A stretch of 25,727 nucleotides of DNA from the IMG/VR virus record IMGVR_UViG_3300043107_000144, one strand, 5' to 3'. Both the position numbers and the translations under genes were made by a program. A model generated the notes under the pieces. It ran no database searches, had not been told where the DNA came from, and saw only the letters and a program-made list of their open reading frames with translations. Numbering within the stretch: the first letter of the stretch is position 1; each line of letters opens with the position of its first letter. The DNA comes from an uncultured virus (IMG/VR IMGVR_UViG_3300043107_000144). Taxonomy: Duplodnaviria > Heunggongvirae > Uroviricota > Caudoviricetes. Below, piece after piece: positions 23,204 to 25,727 of this stretch.

Positions 23204-25300
23204 CTAAAGCTCTATCAGAACTTGAGCAAACCCTCCATAAGAGACGTACGTATTAGAAGCTCCAACATCGCCAGTCGCACTACGACGAGCGCAATAAGTG
23301 TCACGCGCACTACCGCCAAAACGCAAAGCAACTCTGATAGCATTAGAGGTGGTAGCACCATACCATTCGTAATAGTCGAGCGTATAACCGTAGAAACACA
23401 TACCCGTACTTACAGAACCGCCTGACAGCTTCTTCCAAGGCGAGAAAGCATACCTTTTAGCTGCCCAGTTATATGACTGCGTAACACTGTCACCCAAGTA
23501 GATATAGCTGTCTTCAAGTGAGAACTTCTCTGTCGTGGTGATAGTCGTTTCGCGTCCCCACTTCGTTTGGTCGGGTTGAACATACATTTTCAGCGGTGTT
23601 CCCGTAAGTCCAGTACCGCTCTTCGTCTTTCGCGCGATAACCTCCGCGCCACCACCTGTATACTTCCAAATATCTCCCGAATGTGAACAGCCATCCAGTA
23701 CGCCAAGGCGAAGAATCATCTCCACGTCAAAGGTAGTTGCCGTACCCGAAGCGTTGTTTGCTGAAATCTGTCCCGTCATCTTCTTGTAAAGGCGCATATT
23801 CAGTCCTCCGCCCTTAGCCGAAGAGATGGACTTCCACCAATATGTATTACCGTAGCACTCAAACTCTGTTCCTTCCGCTACTCCCGTTTCCACTGCGTAA
23901 GAGCTGACAATGATAGCTTCGTTTACTCTTTCCTTCGGAGCATATTGGTTAGCTAAGTTGGACGCATTACCACACGACGTTGTTCCCGTATATTTGATAC
24001 CCGACGGGTCTGTCCCCCATCCTGCATAAACCCAAGTAGAGGAAGATGTTTCCTTGTATCTCATACCACCGTTTGCTTTCCATGTATCTTCACTAGAGCA
24101 GGCGTCATTGGCGGAGATACCCGAAGAGAAGGTATTCGCATCATGGATATAGTTTGTACCATAAACAGCTTCATGCACTCCGTTAAATGCGTCATACCAA
24201 AAGAAACCGCCCTCGGCAAAAGGAACGGAAGCGGTTGTGTCGGAGTTGTTGGCTCTAGACCAGTTCATCAGGTTAACTTGCTGACAGTCGTTTGTTCTCG
24301 GATAGAAACCGTTGTTATAGAACCACTGACAGCAAGAACCAATACCCACTTTTCCAATAGAGTTAGCATCGCCAATCTTATAGTCGAAGAAGAAACTGCG
24401 CGTCTTGCCGTTTATTGTGCCCACTCCCGAAGGAGAGAAAGCGGTCGTTTCAACCTTCCACGGAGTAAGGTCGATACCGTCCCAATCCGTTCCCGAAAGA
24501 AAGGCACCCTTCCAACGCTTTCCTGACTTTCCGATTGCGTCGCCAAGGTAATAAAAAGGCTTTACGTTGGCTACCATGATAGAGTAGTCCGTGCTTGTCG
24601 TTTCCCAAGGGCGCAGGATTCTGACCTCTGCTCCCGAAGCATTGTAGAGCTTCTGACTTACACCATACTCTGTGTAGAAGGATTCCGCGTCAAACTCCCC
24701 TGCGTCGCAGTATTTGTTGCTTGCCGAAGCGTCAAGATAAAGAGCGACGTCACACTCGGCACGCTGTTCTTCCGTAATACCAACCGCAGGAGCAAACGTA
24801 CCGTCCTTATATCTTAATGCGTTGTTCTGCGTGAGGACTTTCGGCTTGTTTCTTTCCCCTGCCGTATTGTCCGTGTGGTCTATCAGTACGGGGTAGAACA
24901 AGTCCTGAATCTCTGTCACGTCGCCATGCGTTTCACTCGCTGTTGCCGATAGGTTATCATCTACCCATCCTGCTACGTAATACCGCGGTTGCAGAGAGCT
25001 TAGCTCATCGAGTTTGGTAATCTCGCTCTGCAGGCTGTCGATGGTTGTCTGTACGCTTGCTGCTACCTTGTTTGCATTATCCGCGGCTGTGTTTGCTGCC
25101 GTTGCTGCCGCCGTTGCTTTCGAGCCATCCACCATTATCTTCCAATAAGACGTGTTGGTTACGGCATTTCCCTTGTTGTTATCCACGACTGATACATAGG
25201 AGGAATTACCGCTATATACCACATCGTTTCTTTCGTAACTTGTAGTAGAGGAGTAGTCACCCTTGAAGACTACCCCTACCTTACCTAAATCTGTTGCCAT
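23204..25300 (-). CDS. DGR target: tail fibre/receptor-binding protein with probable C-terminal CLec-like fold
   Basis: 698 aa; N-terminal KGDYSSTTSYERNDVV...YW module, Ala-rich coil, C-terminal VR. Confidence 0.85.
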   Translation of the reverse strand: MATDLGKVGVVFKGDYSSTTSYERNDVVYSGNSSYVSVVDNNKGNAVTNTSYWKIMVDGSKATAAATAANTAADNANKVAASVQTTIDSLQSEITKLDELSSLQPRYYVAGWVDDNLSATASETHGDVTEIQDLFYPVLIDHTDNTAGERNKPKVLTQNNALRYKDGTFAPAVGITEEQRAECDVALYLDASASNKYCDAGEFDAESFYTEYGVSQKLYNASGAEVRILRPWETTSTDYSIMVANVKPFYYLGDAIGKSGKRWKGAFLSGTDWDGIDLTPWKVETTAFSPSGVGTINGKTRSFFFDYKIGDANSIGKVGIGSCCQWFYNNGFYPRTNDCQQVNLMNWSRANNSDTTASVPFAEGGFFWYDAFNGVHEAVYGTNYIHDANTFSSGISANDACSSEDTWKANGGMRYKETSSSTWVYAGWGTDPSGIKYTGTTSCGNASNLANQYAPKERVNEAIIVSSYAVETGVAEGTEFECYGNTYWWKSISSAKGGGLNMRLYKKMTGQISANNASGTATTFDVEMILRLGVLDGCSHSGDIWKYTGGGAEVIARKTKSGTGLTGTPLKMYVQPDQTKWGRETTITTTEKFSLEDSYIYLGDSVTQSYNWAAKRYAFSPWKKLSGGSVSTGMCFYGYTLDYYEWYGATTSNAIRVALRFGGSARDTYCARRSATGDVGASNTYVSYGGFAQVLIEL
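23215..23328 (-). repeat. DGR variable repeat (VR)
   Basis: Encodes LRFGGSARDTYCARRSATGDVGASNTYVSYGGFAQVL versus TR LRFGGNANDTNCARRSANCNNGASNTNVNNGGFAKVL. Confidence 0.95.
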
Positions 25301-25301
25301 A

Positions 25302-25727
25302 TTAATTAAGTATTAAATGTCCGTTAGTATTCAACTCAAATCTCTCTTCCTTGCTGTATTCTACCGTAAGGTGCATATCATCCGTCACGTCAAAGGCAGG
25401 AAAGAGCATATCTCCCGAAGCACTTGTGCCTGTATCTACGTAAGCGTTCTTGCTCTCGCTCCAGACATACCAGTTGCCATTGTCGCCAATCTTGCTTGGA
25501 TGGTCGGCATAGTTCTTCGCTCTGTCCGACTGCATCTTTGCCGAGTTTGCTGCCGAGTTTGCATTACTTGCAGCAGTCGTGGCTGTCTGCGCTGCCGAGT
25601 TTGCCGTGCTTGCTGCCGTTTTCGCGGTCGTCGCTGCGGCATTGGCATTATCCACCGCCTTGCCTGCTTTCTCCACCGCACTGTTAGCTTCCTCCACCGC
25701 CTTGTCTGCATTGGCAAGTCTTTGATT
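25302..25727 (-). CDS. Partial tail-associated protein with Ala/Thr/Asn heptad repeats
   Basis: Frame open to the window edge; AxxANxA repeats followed by KIGDNGNWYVW...YVDTG. Confidence 0.8.
   Translation of the reverse strand, partial: NQRLANADKAVEEANSAVEKAGKAVDNANAAATTAKTAASTANSAAQTATTAASNANSAANSAKMQSDRAKNYADHPSKIGDNGNWYVWSESKNAYVDTGTSASGDMLFPAFDVTDDMHLTVEYSKEERFELNTNGHLILN

Noticed and set aside
22918..23425. Plus-strand ORFs 22918..23106 and 23066..23425
   Set aside because: Antisense shadows of TR, VR and the target gene.
25540..25727. Repetitive GC-rich DNA as a CRISPR or DNA repeat
   Set aside because: Explained by Ala-rich heptad coding repeats; no repeat-spacer structure.

Overview
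Segment of a tailed phage or prophage, most likely of a Bacteroidales host (several TTTG-N20-TAnnTTTG promoters). The + strand (1-15193) is an early/replication arm: many small coupled ORFs (ASCH, YopX, DUF551, DUF1599, GNAT), an HNH/NUMOD endonuclease behind a structured leader, an AEP primase-SF4 helicase, a DNA methyltransferase, RecT, a PAPS-reductase-family protein, an MBL hydrolase, a radical SAM enzyme and a DUF1064-like nuclease. Three putative modification enzymes carry G/C homopolymer tracts (two out of frame, one in frame), suggesting phase variation. The - strand carries an unexplained Cys-rich operon with a divergent 3-gene cassette, a lysis module and tail genes. The main result is a diversity-generating retroelement (DGR): tail-protein VR 23215-23328, TR 22892-23005 and an RT. 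It is atypical: YADN active site, a fused ~117-aa C-terminal domain, no visible avd, twin GCA-loop hairpins after the VR, and a downstream segment that can fold back on the TR 3' end and is perfectly complementary to the VR 3' end. All family calls come from motif recognition by eye, not database searches.
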